A DNA stretch of 64,000 nt, from positions 11,594,001-11,658,000 of the forward strand of contig NC_082712.1 of the NCBI RefSeq assembly GCF_030144855.1, in the 5' to 3' direction. Under the pieces are notes generated by a model. That model had not been told where the DNA came from. It worked only from the letters and a program-made list of their open reading frames with translations, and made no database searches. Positions 14,020 through 27,429 of the stretch are shown one piece after another (position 1 is the first letter of the stretch; every line of letters starts with the position of its first letter). A program made the translations under genes and the position numbers. The stretch is from Hypanus sabinus (lineage: Eukaryota).

Positions 14020-16544
14020 ACTTACATTCTTCATATTGTTATCTATCTATCTATCTTTTACCTGTTATTTTTTGACAGCTGGTCTTCTTTAGCACAATGG
14101 TTACTTGTCAGTTCTAACTTTACTCGCTTTTTCCCTCTCAGGGACAATTCATCCCTTTAAACCCACCCACCACTGTGAGACCCATTAACAGGTGTCGGCC
14201 ATTTGTCTGACCGACCCTGCTCCCCCAGACAACACAATCATGATGGACCGTTCACTTCAGGATCCTTCATCTTTAATCTCTTTGCCATTAGGAGACTATG
14301 CAGGACCTCAGAAAGTCAGGCAACATCTATGAATAGAAATAAACCATTGACATTTCTGGCCAAGATCCTTCATCAGGACTAGACTGACAAAGGGTTTCAC
14401 TCCAAAATACCAGCTGTTTATCCGGTTCCATTGATACTTACTGATTTGCTGAATTCCTCCAGCTTGTTTTTGTGTGTTACACTGGGATTCCATCATCTGC
14501 AGAATGTTCAAAGGTTCATTTTATCATCAAGGTATATATGCATAATAGAACTCTGAAATTTGTCTTCTCCAGGTAGCCATAGAGCACAGAAAATCATCTG
14601 TTGGAAGACATCAATGCCCTCCTGCATGAAAAGAAATAAACAAAAACCCACAAACCACGAACACCCCAAACCCTCCCTTACACAAAAACTACAGATCACC
14701 CAAACCCCAGCCCGCCAATTTGCAGCAAGAAATAATGGGCGAGACCACGAGAAAAAAACATAGAACTGTAAGAGGCCAATATGAACTACAGTCCAATCCA
14801 TAAATCTCAGAATTTCAATAACATCTCCAAGAAAATCAGGAGTTGTCTCAGGATGCAAGAGATAATATGTCCACAAGACTATAAGTCATAGGCACAGAGT
14901 TTGGCCATTTGGCCCATCAAGTCTGCTCTGCCACTCAATCCTGGTCAATCCTTTCTCTCCCTCCTCAGCCCCGCTCCCCAGCCCATTCCTCGTAACCTTT
15001 GATGCCCTGTCCAGTCAAGAAGTTATCAATCACTGCCTTAAAAACCCCAGTGACTTGGTCAGTACAGCTGCCTGTGGTGACAAATTCCACAAATTCATCA
15101 CCCTCTGACAAAAGAAATGTCTCCACATCTGTCATAAGATTGTGCCCTCTCCCCTATCATGGAAAACTTCCTTTCCGCATCTACTCTGTGCAGACCTTTC
15201 AACATTTGGAAGGTTTCAATGAGGTCACCCCCCCCCCCATCCATCTAAATTCCAGTGAGTACAGTCCCAGAGCCATCAAACGTTCATCATATGATTACTC
15301 TTTTGTTTCCAGAATCTTCCTTGTGAACCTGCCCTCAACCCTCCCCAATGCCAGCACATCTTTTCTCAGATGAGGAGTCCAAGACTGGTCACAATACTCA
15401 TGATGAGGCCTCACCAATAGGTTCAATAGGTACATTTAATGCCAGAGAAATCCATACAATATACATCCTGAAATTCCTTTTCTTCACTAACATCCATGAA
15501 AACAGACGAGTGCCCCAAAGCATGAATGACAATTAAACATTAGAACCCAAAGCCCTCCCCAGCAACCCGCTCCCTCGCACAAGCAGCAGCAAGACAAAGC
15601 CCCCACCCCCCCCCCAGCAAAGCATCAGTAAAGACACAGACTTGCAGTACCCCAAAGACTATCCGTTCCCCTGGTAATTCGACATACCACAGGTTCTCTC
15701 TCCCACTTATAAGGGAAAAAGAGATGTTCCCATATCTCAGCGAGAGGGGATGCATAATGAAAAACTGATTTATGATCTTAAAAGTTTGCTGCGTTGCATT
15801 TTCCGAGCTCTGCGCCCAGAGAATCGGCCCCGAGGCTCAAGTTCTGGACACACAATAGACAATAGGTGCAGGAGTAGGCCGTTTGGCCCTTCGAGTCAGC
15901 ACCACCATTCAATGTGATCAAGGTTGATCATCCAGAATCAGTACCCCGTTCCTGCCTTCTTTCCATATCCCTTGACTCCGCTATCTTTAAGAACTTTACC
16001 TAACTCTTTCTTGAAAGCATCCAGAGAATTGGCCTCCACTGCCTTCTGAGGCAGAGCATTCCATAGATCCACAACTCTCTGGTTGAAAAGGTTTTTCCTC
16101 AACTCTGTTCTAAATGGCCTACCCCTTATTCTTAAACTGTGGCCTCTGGTTCTGGAACACAACAGGCAGCTAACCCACTGCTCCTGATGTTCCATGTTCT
16201 CCCGCAATGCCTCAGTCAGGGGCACCGGCCTTGAATTTCCCGTCTCCAGAACCACGAAAATCCGGCACCCTGAAGGCGAGCTTGCAGGCCTCGTCCTTGG
16301 GGAATCAAAAAGCGCCGGTCGTGAGGCCCTGAGAGCGGGTCCCATTCCCACAAAGAACCAAAGTCAGAGTGTAACTCTGGGTCAGGGTCTTAAAAAGATC
16401 CTTCAAAAGCGAAAAAAGACATATCAAAGATAGAAATAGAGCTGTTTTGGAAGATGCAAGCAAAAGAATCACCATTTGGCGCCATCTTCATTTTGCTCCA
16501 CCCTTCCAGTGCCTTATAAAGCTTCAGCATCACAATTTGTCATT

Positions 16545-18350
16545 TTGTCACTCATAGTTCAGTCCCTCCCCACCTACATCCAGAATACATCCCATGCCCT
16601 CCACCACTTCAATAACTTCCAGTTCCCCGGTCCCGACCGCTTTATTTTCACAATGGATGTCCAATCCTTATACACTTCAATTCCTCATCTAGAAGGCCTC
16701 AACCCCCTCCACTACTTTCTGGACAACAGACCTCACCAGTTCCCCAACACCACCACACTCCTCCGGTTGGCAGAACTGGTACTCACACTTAATAACTTCT
16801 CTTTTGGCTCTTCACACTTTCTTCAGACCAAGGGTGTAGCTATGGGCACTCGCATGGGCCCCAGCTATGCCTGCCACTTTGTTGGTTATGTGGAAGAGTC
16901 TATGCTCCAAATCTATACGGGTGCTGCTCCCCAACTTTTCTTTCAATACATTGACAACTACATTGGTGCTGCTTCCTGCACCCATGCTGAGCTCATCAAT
17001 TTCATCGACTTTGCCTCTAACTTCCACCCAGCCCTCAAATTCACTTGGTCCAGCTCTGACACTTCTCTCCCCTTTCTCAATCTCTGGAGACAGACTGTCC
17101 ACTGACATCTTCTATAAACTGAAGGACTCTCATAACTACCTCGACTATCCCTCTTCCCATCCTGCCAAATGCAAAAATGCTATTCCTTATTTCCAGTTCC
17201 TTCGTCTCCTCCGCATCTGGTCCCAGGTTGAGGCTTTCTGTTCCAGGACATCTCAGATGTCCTCTTTCTTTAAGGATCGTGGTTTCCCTTCTGCCGTCAT
17301 CAATGGTGCCCTCACCCACATCTCCTTCATTTCCCGCACTTCAGCCCTTACCCCATCCACCTGTCACCACAACAGGGACCGAGTTCCCCTTGTCCTCACC
17401 TACCACCCCACCAGTCTACAGATCCAGCACATTATCCTCCGCCACTTCTGCCAATTTCAACAGGACCCCACCATTAAGCACATCTTTCCCTCTCTACCCC
17501 TCTCTGCTTTCTGCAGGGATCGTTCCCTCCACGACTCCCTGGTCCACTCATCCCTCTCCACAGATCTCCCACCTGGCATTTATCCCTGCAAGCGTAAGTG
17601 CTACACCTGTCCTTACATCTCCTCTCTTACCACCATTCAGGGCCCCAAACAGTCCTTCCAGGTGCGGCAACACTTCACTGCTGTGTCTGTTGGGGTCATC
17701 TATTGCATTCGGTGCTCCCTGTACGGCCTCCTCTACATCGGACAGACCCGACGCAGATTGGGGGACTGCTTCATTGCGCACCCTCGTTCCATCTGCCACA
17801 AGAAACAGGATCTCCCGGTTGCCACCCACTTCAACTCTGCTTCACATTCCCATTCGGATATGTCCATACATGGCCACGTCTACTACCATGGTGAGGCCAA
17901 ACTCAGGTTGGAGGAGCAACACCTCGTATACCGTCTGGGTAGTTTCCAGCCCCTTGGCATGAACATTGAATTCTCAAACTTCCGGTAAATCCCTCCCTCT
18001 CTCTTCCCCCATCCCACTTTCACTCTGACTGCTCTTCCAGATGCCTATCACCTCCCTCATGGTTCCACCTCCTTCTACTACCCATAGAGCTTTCCCGTTA
18101 CGTTCCTTCTTCACCTTTCCTGCCTATTGCCTCTGCTTCCCCTCCCCCGCCCTTCGTCCTTTCCTCTTACTGGATTTTCACCGGCACCTACAGCCTTCTC
18201 CTTCCCACCCTCCCCTCACCTTCTCTATAGGGCCCCTGCCCCCTCTCTCTTCAGTCCTGATGAAGGGTCTCGGCCCGAAACGTTGATGCTTGTTTCCACG
18301 GATTCTGTCCGACCTGCTGAGTTCCTCCCAAGTGTGGTACGTGTTGCATC
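16545..18350 (+). mobile_element. Penelope-like element, 5-prime truncated: RT, GIY-YIG endonuclease and pLTR
   Basis: MDVQSLYTSIPH, GVAMGTRMGPSYA, YIDN (catalytic YIDD altered), VIYCIRC..LYIGQT. Frameshift near 17085. ORF ends 17988. Hammerhead at 18252-18286. Confidence 0.95.
18252..18286 (+). ncRNA. Minimal type I hammerhead ribozyme motif in Penelope pLTR
   Basis: cagtc-CTGATGA-a-ggg(tctcgg)ccc-GAAAC-GTT-ga: catalytic core, 3-bp stem II, palindromic ACGT stem III. PLE-associated minimal hammerheads are established. This copy has an imperfect stem I and a GUU triplet. Confidence 0.7.
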
Positions 18351-19320
18351 AATCCACTGAATGCACACTTGCCACATTCCTGCAAAATTCCTCATTCTCG
18401 CAGAACTTGAGGGCACAGTCTCAAAACTGAGGAGTGACATTTTAGGACTGAGGTAAGGAGGAATTTTTTTAATCAGAGATCAGTGGATCTGTGGAATTCT
18501 CTGTAACTGACTGCTGTAGAGGCCAAGTCCGTGCGTATATTTGTGTAGGTGTGTGGCGAAGTGGTTAAGGCTTTGGGCTAGCGATCTGAAGGTCATTAGT
18601 TCGAGCCTCAGCCGAGGCAATAGGCAGGAAAGATCAAGAAGGAATGTAAGCGTGTGTCCTTGAGCAAGGGACTTAACCACACACTGCTCCTGCATGTTCC
18701 AAACCACCAGTGGTGGCGGTTGGACAAGACAAGGTGAAGTTGATAGTATCCTGATTGGTCAGGGCATCAATGGATATGGTGAAAAGGCAGGTGTATGGGG
18801 CAGAGTGGGATTAGCCATGATGGAATGGCGGAGCCAACTCGATGAGCGGAATGGCGTAATTCTGATCCTATGTTTACATTCTTATGGGAATGCACATTGT
18901 TTCAGAAGGGTGAAACGGAGGGAAGGCCAGGACGTCTCTGTACGCTAAAAGCAGGAGTTCAGCAGTGACAGTTTGGAAGCAAATGTTACATTGAACTTCA
19001 TTGCAAGGTGATTTGAGAACAGAAGACAGAATGTTGCTGCAGCTGTACAGGGCCTTAGAGAGAACCTATCTGAAGTTTGTGCAGTTTGGAGTTTGTCTTT
19101 GTTGGGATGATTTATCAGAGAGTGAATGTAGTGAAGGTGTATGAAGAAACCAGAGGGAGCAAGAATAATGCCTGATGAGAGAGTGAATTAGTTGGCCCCA
19201 TAGACACTGGAGTTGAGAGGAATGTCTAAGAACTCATAGAACCTTGTAAGATTCTAACAGGACAGGATAAATATCGGAGAGCATGGAACCGGAAAACACA
19301 GACACTGGGAAATCAGAAAG

Positions 19321-19454
19321 CTATTTGGAAGTAGGAACAGAAATGTCTACACCCAGCTGGTGGTAAACATATGGAGCGAGGAGGCCGGGTCTGCTGAACC
19401 GGTTTGGAAAACTGGTCTTCTCATCCTCCCTTGGGGGATCGGTCTCGTCCGTCT
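19321..19454 (-). pseudogene. Paralogous cytoplasmic exon (ETDETDPPREDEKTSFPNRFSRPGLLAPYVYHQLGVDISVPTSK* in the long frame)
   Basis: Acceptor cttgttctgtccacag|. First ~50 nt homologous to 34712-34660. Covered by ORF 19321..19530. Confidence 0.6.
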
Positions 19455-20619
19455 CTGTGGACAGAACAAGATCAATTAACGTGATCCACGGCAGTTGTAC
19501 AATGAGACCAAATCCGGCATCCCTCTTCACTTATAATTTTGGAAGGGAATAGGATTGAGACATGAACGGAATTCCCAAAGGGTAGATTTTATCGTCGGTG
19601 TCAGATTTCGACACAGATATGGTTTTCAGCCCATGTACACATCAAATTGGAAGCTTTACAGTAACGCAGCAATAGAGGTAGTGGTGTTGATAGGAAGCCA
19701 AATGGCCTTAGGCTATAGGATAGTATTGATCGAATAGTATGGTTCTTAGATTAAGACCATAAAACAAAGGAGCAGAAATAGAAGATTCAGCCATTCTATT
19801 CTGCTCTGACATTCGACTGTGGTTAATTTACTATACCTATCAACCACACTCTCCTGCCCTCATCCCCTATGGTTCTCCGCCTTACATACATCCAGACAGA
19901 CAGACATACTTTATTGATCCCGAGGGAAATTGGGTTTCATTACAGTAAGTTCCACAGACTCAGCCACCTGTGGTGTAAGGAAATTTCTCGTAATCTCTGA
20001 TCTAGGGGGACGTCTTTGTATGAATGGCAGAGTGAAGTAATTCTGGCTGGGAAGTGGGTACAAAAATCCTGGGTGCAACGTATTCTGTAATGGATCAAGG
20101 TTGTAAATTAAGGAGGAACCTGATTATCAGTAATATAAGAAAAAGTTACGTGAGTTGAATCACTTTTCGATTGTTAATATGTTTGAAGCGGTTATGACGA
20201 CAGTTTAAACTGGATTACGGTGAAGGGAGATATGGCAGAGATTCAGTCATGAGCCAGATCTCTGAGAGATTTGCGTCGTGGGCGAGCTTTGTGGAGAATG
20301 AGAAGAGCAGAATCACCCCGGGTTGACTGATTGCCCTGATCCCAGTGCACGTGGGATGGAGGGAGTCGAGACTTCCCTGTATTGCTTTTTCCGCGGAGGT
20401 CCGGGGTGACATTTTGTGCACATCAGAGATTAGATTTGTAGTTAGAACATAGAACATTACAGCAGAGTTCAGGCCCTTCGGCCCACGATGTTGTGCCGAG
20501 CTGTCAGCCTTCTCTAAGCTCAAGCTTTTATTTATTATGTGATGGTTTACAGACACAGGGCTGAGCAGTCCCTACCAGCCCACCGAGCCGTGACACCTAG
20601 CACCTCACCGATGTAATCC

Positions 20620-20830
20620 CAGCCTAATCACCGGACGATTTACAATTAACAATTAACCTGCTGACGTCTTTAGATTGTGGGATGGAACCGTAGCAGCTGG
20701 AGGAAACCCACCCGCACACGGGAAGAACGTACACAGTTCCTAACAAAGGACGCCCGAAATGAACTTGGAACTGACGCCCAATGTGTAATCGCATCGTGCT
20801 AACCGCTGCGCTACTGTGGCGTCCTAACCC
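20620..20830 (-). mobile_element. V-SINE (HE1-like) copy; related copies at ~6100-6200, 35920-36090, 37240-37390, 59780-59870
   Basis: Shares the conserved central block ggtttcctc..ggtgctccggtttcctcccac..ccaaagacgt..gttaattg with the other copies. Family name is from recall. Confidence 0.65.
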
Positions 20831-21146
20831 ATCCCTCCTGCAGATCCTCACATTTGTCTCTCATTCAGTAGGTATTTAGCGGGTACATTCAATCCAAAAG
20901 GTATCTCAAAACGCTAAGCAGCTTACAAACACTTCTGAAGCAGTCACTCTTATGATGTAGTAGTCACTCTGATGAGTATTTCTGCGAGCTCCAACAAACA
21001 GCGATCGGGCAGCGAGTTTTTGTTGACAACTAAAGACTGGGACGCCTTAAGTGTTTGAATCACGTCCCAGCACCCACCGACTGTCCCAGTGAATCGGATT
21101 AGAGTCACGTCACGGCCTGAGCCTTCAGCATTATTACATACAGTAC

Positions 21147-21246
21147 CCGAGTAGATCACAGTAGAGAACGGCGCCCATCAATCAAAAGCCGAGGGTTTTC
21201 AGTCCGAGTGGGATACACAACGTCAGCACGGCACAAGCGTCTGTCC
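21147..21246 (-). pseudogene. Paralogous TM exon with in-frame stop (GTDACAVLTLCIPLGLKTLGF*LMGAVLYCDLL)
   Basis: Same acceptor and donor positions as 36473-36575. Lys retained. TGA at 21182-21184 where the other copy has TTA. Confidence 0.85.
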
Positions 21247-22053
21247 CTGAAGAGAAAGTGAGACAAGTCAATCCAGACTCAGGGAAAGGGGGAGAGACTG
21301 ACTGAAATCTGTAGGTGTCGAGACATACATATAATGTCGCAGATTTACCCTGACGGAGCTACGGAAGATAACATGTATGTGAAAGAAGAAGAAAAGGATA
21401 TTACTAAGAATGTGGAGATCACAGTGACATGAATTAAACATTAGAACAGGAAGTTTAGCCTGGAGTCAGATCATAGATTATAAGATATAGGAGCAAACCT
21501 GTCCATTCGGCCCAACAGGTCTGCTCCCCATTCCATTATGGCTGGTTAGTTATCCCTCTCAAACTCATTCTCCCGTCATCTCGCCGTTAACCTCCACAGT
21601 CATCTACGTCAATGTATTCCACATATCCACCACCATCTGGCTAAATAAATTCCTCCTCATCTCCGTTCTAAGGGACGTCCCGGTTTCTGAGGCTGTTCCC
21701 TCTGGTTCTTGACTCCCCCGCTATATGAACACTCTCCACATCCATTCTATGCAGGCCTTTCCACATTCGATAAGTTTCAATGGGACCAGCCGCTCCCCAC
21801 CCCCCCCACACCCCCACACCCCCACATTTTTCTAAACTCCAGCGGCAGGCCCAGAGCTGTCAGATGTTCCTCATACATTAACCATTTCATTCCAGGAATC
21901 ATTCTCCTGAAACGCCCCTGGAGATAGATAGATAGAATATATTATACTCCAGTTTTCAAACACTCCCTTATTTAAAACCATGACAAATTATTGTCCTTCC
22001 GCTCTACCATATTCCGACTGACTTTCGGATCTTCTGCATATTACCCCACTGGG

Positions 22054-22386
22054 TAAAGTTCCCTTTCATTTGTAATGACCAGTGTGTGGAAATTTTTTCT
22101 TTGGCCGGTGACAGCAACCTGTGTGCTGTGAATAATTTCGTCAATAAAAAATAGTATAACTAAGCCCGTTCTAAAATCTGGAGATAAATAATTGCAAACC
22201 CCATGTTGTCAACTCCGTCCGCCTCAGAAACTGGAAAAGGAAATGTGACCGTGTATGATCGAGGAATATACTTAACATGCCAGCAAGGGAGAGGGTGACA
22301 ACCTTCTGAGCGCAGTTTAAATTCCTCTGTGTGTCAGTAGCAGAAGATGTGTGTGCGTGGACACATGCACACGAGGGGGAACATTA
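22054..22386. mobile_element. Possible hAT-type MITE
   Basis: Imperfect terminal inverted repeats (taaagttccctt ... agggggaacatta), non-coding. No clear TSD. Confidence 0.4.
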
Positions 22387-22449
22387 TACCCCAGATGAAC
22401 ACTTGACAGTCCCTCATCTAACTATAGTAAGGGATCTTTACTCCATTAG

Positions 22450-25400
22450 TGTCATAGAGAAGTATAGCACATAAACAGGCCCTTTGGCCCATCTAGTCCA
22501 TACTGAAACCATTTTAACTGCTTATTCCTTTCGAGTTGCACCGGGGCCATCAGCATCCATGTACCCATCTAAACTTCTCTCTGAAACATTGAAATCGCGG
22601 TTGCATGCACCACTTGTACTGGCAGCTCGTTCCACACACTCACGGCCCTCTGAGTGAAGAAGTTTCCCCTCATGTACCCCTTAAACTATTCACCTTTCAC
22701 CCTTAACACATGATCTGTGGTTGTAGCCCCACCGAACCTCAGTGGGAAAAGCCTGCTTACATTAACCCTGTCTATACCCTCAAAATGTTGTATACCTCTA
22801 TCAAGCCTCCTCTCAATCTTCTACATTCTAATGAATAAAGTAACCCATTCAATGTTTCCTTACAAACCAGGTCCTTCAGACCTGGCAACATCTTCGTAAA
22901 TTTTCTCCGTATTCTTTCGACCTTATTTACTTCTCTCTGGTAAGTAGTTGACCAAAACTGCACACAGTATGCCATATTAGGCTTTACCAAATACTTATAC
23001 AACCTCGACATAACATTCCATCTCCTGTACTCAATACATTTATGTACAAAGGCCAATGTAGCAGAAGTCTTATTTACAGCCTTTATACTTGTGACACTTT
23101 CAATGAATTATGGACCAATATTCCCAGAATCTTTTTTCAAAGATTTTTTTGCAAGCCCTGATAACTTTCCCCACTGTCCACTACAACCCCATTCTTGGTG
23201 TCATCCACAAATTTGCTGATCCAGTTAACCACAATACCATCCAGATCACTGACACAACAAAGGGCCCGGCACTGAACACTGCGGCACTCCACTAGCTACA
23301 GACCTCCAGTCAGAGAGCTAACCATCTACTACAACTCTCTGGCATCTGCCTCAAATCCGATTTATTACATCATCTTCGATGGATATCTGTACCATTTTGA
23401 CCAGTCTCCCATGTTGGACTTTGCCAAAGGTTTTACTGAAGTCAATGTAGACAACATCCACTGCCTTGCCTTCTTCAAATTTTTCGGTAATGTCCTCAAA
23501 AAACTCGACCAAATTGATTAGACATAACCTACCATGCATGAACCTGTGCTGACTAACCTTAATCAGTCCATTTCTATCGAAATACTTACATGGCCGGTCC
23601 CCTTAGAATACCCTCCTTTAGCTTTCCCACAACTGATGTCAGAATCACTGGACTATAATTTGATGTTTAATATTTGGAACCTTTAAAAACAGCGGAACAT
23701 AGGTATCCTACAATCCTCTGGTACTTTTCCCGACACTAATGATGATGTAAATATCTCTGCTAGGTCTCCGGCAATTTCTACGTTTGCATCCCTTAGGGTC
23801 TGAGGGAATACCTTGTAAGGCCCTGGGGATTTATCCACCCTGATTTGCCTCAGGATAGCAAACACCGACTCTGCAATCTGTACAGGACCCATGAAGTTAA
23901 TGTGTTTTGCTTCACTTCTATAGAATCTGTGTCCAAATCTCAAGTAAATGCAGGTGCAAAAAATAATTAAAATCTCCACCATTTGTTTTTGCTCCACAGA
24001 TTGATTAGCAATCTGGCCCTCCAGAGAATATTTTGTACATTGTAATCCTTTTGCTTTTAACATATCGCTAAAACCCCTAGGATTTTGCTTCTCTGTTCCT
24101 GCTAGAGTAACGTCATGCCTTCTTTTAGCCTCCCTGATTACTTGCTTATGTGTCTCTTGCATTACTGCTACTCCATAAACTTCTCATTTGTTCCTTCCTT
24201 GTCATATGGGGGGCTTTGGGAATGGGCCCAAATGCAGGACACAGACACTGAAGTACTAGGAACGGGACAAAACTAAAGGACAGGACAGGTTGCAGACCAG
24301 GCTAGGGAAGCAGGACCAGGCCTGGTTTCTTGGAGCTTGAGGCTCGTGGCTCGAGGCTGGGCTCTTGAAGGCAGACTCGGAACCGTACATCAACATAAAG
24401 CCAGGGCTTCTCCATCGACAAGCTGGGACTCCTCTTTAACAAGACACGATCATGAGATTGGACAGTACATAGACACAGAGCCAGGACCTATCCTTCAACA
24501 AGCCAGGACTCAACTTTCACTCCACACCAAGGCAGGACAGGTCCACCCATCAGAACAGCCAGACTTACCCAATGGAGGCAAAGACAAAACAAGACAGATT
24601 CCATCTGCAGGGCAACAGCAGAACAGCCTGAATTACCCCACAGAGGAGAGAACAAGACAGATCATCCCACAGGGCAATGGCAGAACAGCCTGACTGACCC
24701 CACAGGGTGAAGACAGGAAGAGACAAACATCAAAGAACAATAGACAGTTCCATCTCTGCATCAGGGCTGCTCCAAGTCCCAGTTACAGCCATCAACCTCC
24801 ACTGGCTACAGAAACAACCAGATCCCTACCTAGCTCGGAGAGGCTGACAGCCACCCAGCTGGCCCAGGAAGCAGCAGAATCCATACTGCAATGACAGCAA
24901 GACTCCAAGAAGCCATGGTTCTCCAGCATGGCCTAAAGCTGGCAAGTAGCTGTTCTAGCCTTCCACCAGCCATTTGCTCCCAGGGAATCTTGACAAGACA
25001 ACCCCCCAAACACACTCAATCCCAGGGCCACTTAAGTACCCATCCCCAAGATGAGCATCAGCTGCTCATGGTTAAGTCCAACCAAAACAAGGGACAGCCG
25101 GAAGACCGGAGCCCAGAGTCCGCGGACTGGACTGTGACATTCCTTCGTTTTCCTGCTATGCACCTTCTTTCTTTCTCTTAACCCGGGCCTCATTATCCCT
25201 TCAAAATGTTGAAACAAGCTAATGGCTTTAAGGTGGCTAAATGCAGTGTTCCCCTACAGAAACTTCTGTAACCTGTCCTATCTCATTCCCTAACAGCAGA
25301 TCCTATCACACGCTCTCATTGGGACTTCCACGTACTGATGAAGATAACTTTCTTGAACACAAACTTTATCCTATCTAGTCCTTTTATGCCATGGGATCCC

Positions 25401-26760
25401 CAGTCAATAAGTGGAAATGCAAAATCACCTCCAATACCAACCTTATGTTTATTGCAACAGTCTGCGATCTCTTTACATCTAAATCCCGCAGACTGTCAGA
25501 TGGTCTGTAATATCACCCCATTAACGTAGTCATAACTTCTTATCTCTCAGTTCCACCCATAACGCCTCTCCAGACGAGTTCACCAGTCTATCCTGATGTC
25601 CCACTGCCCTGACATTTGCTCTGACTAGTAACTCCACGCTTCCTCCTTTAACCCTTCCCACTCTGTTATGTCTAAAACAACAAAACCCCTGAATGTTAGG
25701 GTGCCAGTTCTGCCCCTCCTGCAACCAAGTTTCTCTCATGGCTACAATGTCATAATTCCAGGATCTGATCCATAGCCTGAGCTCATCCACCTATATTATG
25801 ATGCTTCTTGCATTGAAATATACGCCGCTCAGGTCATAATCGCACCATGCTGAACTTTTTGATTCTCGACTTTGAGGTTTTTCAACATCTGTTTCCACAA
25901 CCTCTCCACTAATTGTTCTGGCACTCTATTTTCCATTCCACTGCAATTCTAATTTAAATACCACCATGCACCATTAACAATCCTTCACGCTGGGATGTTA
26001 GTTCCACACCAGTTTAGGTGCCAACCCTCCCTTCTATACCAGTCCACTTTCCTTCAAAGAGATCCCAGTGATCCTTCACTCCTACATCAACTCCTTACCT
26101 ACGTGTTAAACTGTATAATTATCTAGTTCTGGTGTCACTAGCCCGTGACACGAATACTAATCCTAGGATCACAACCTTGGAGGTCCTGCCCTTTAACTTA
26201 GCAATTAACTTTCTGAACCCCCTGTGCAGAACTCGTCACTCGTCCTTGGTACCTGCATGGATCACAACCTCTGGGTGTTCACTCTCCCAATTCAGATTGC
26301 AGAGAACTCGATCCGAAATGCCCCGGAACCTGGCAGCCAGGAAGCCACATACCATCGGGAATCTCGTTTTCACCCACAGAGACTCCTGTCTGCTCCACTA
26401 ACTAACGAATCCCTAACAACACAGGGTGCCTTTTCTCCGTACAACCCTTCTGTGTCACAGAGCCAGACTCAGTGACAGAGAAATGCCCGCTGCGAATTTC
26501 CACTGTGAGGTCATATTCCTCCCCCACCCCGCCCCCATAGTGTCCAAAGTAATATACCTGATTTTGAGGGGGGTGGCCACAGGGGTACTCTGCACTGGCT
26601 CCTTTACCCCTTTCTACTTCCTGACTGTCACCCACTTCCCTATGACCTTGCCCTTGAGTGTAACTACCTCACTACATGTCCTATCTATCATCCCTTCAGC
26701 CTTTCGAATGACCAGAGTTCATCCAATTCCACTCCAACTCCTTAACACAGATTGTTAGAA
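22450..26760 (-). mobile_element. Long decayed CR1 (ORF1 remnant, endonuclease, RT, 3-prime end) interrupted by a solo LTR
   Basis: ORFs 25530..25790 (NYDIVAMRETWL), 23683..24162 (DKSPGP, VPED), 23351..23539 (VDVVYIDFSKTF) and 22772..23056 (YCVQFWS). Confidence 0.85.
24200..25139 (-). mobile_element. Solo LTR (Gypsy/Sushi-like), 940 bp, 5-bp TSD
   Basis: TG...CA ends. TSD ttcct at 24195-24199 and 25140-25144. Terminal gtgtctgtgtcctgcatttggg is shared with the LTR at 29083-29918. Confidence 0.85.
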
Positions 26761-27429
26761 GCTGCAGCTGGCTGCACTTGTCACAATTGTAATGATCAGA
26801 GATACTGAAGGAATTTCACAAATCCAAAAATACATTACATTGATATACCCTGAAGACCAAAGAGATTTTGGCATGTTGGTCCTCACAAATCAAAGTATTG
26901 AGTACTAGAATTGGCATGTTATGTTCAAGTTGTATCAGATGTAAGTGAGTATTTGTGCATTTCTGGTCACCCTCCTGTAGCCAAGATATCAATAAGTTTT
27001 GGCGAAAGAGTGGAATGAGCTTCCTGTAGAAGTAGTAGAGTCCAGTTCAGTTGTGTCATTTAAGGTAAAATTGGATAGGTATATGGACAGGAAAGGAGTG
27101 GAGGGTTCTGGGTTGAGTGCAGGTAGGTGGGACGAGGTGAGATTAAGGGTTCGGCACGGACAAGGAGGGCCAAGATGGCCTGTTTCCGTGCTGTGATTGT
27201 TATATGGTTATAAAAATATGACAAGATGTGTTAGTCTTGGGGACCTGAGCTACAGGGAAAAGTTACATACGTTAGGACCTTATTGTCTGAAGCGCAGGAG
27301 AATAAGAGGACATTTGATAGAGCGATACAAAGCTATGAGAGGAATAGAACAGGTCCATCCATCCGCCAAAAGCAGAACCTCCAAGTGACACAACATTTGA
27401 AATCTGATTTCCAACCCGTTCTGACATCT

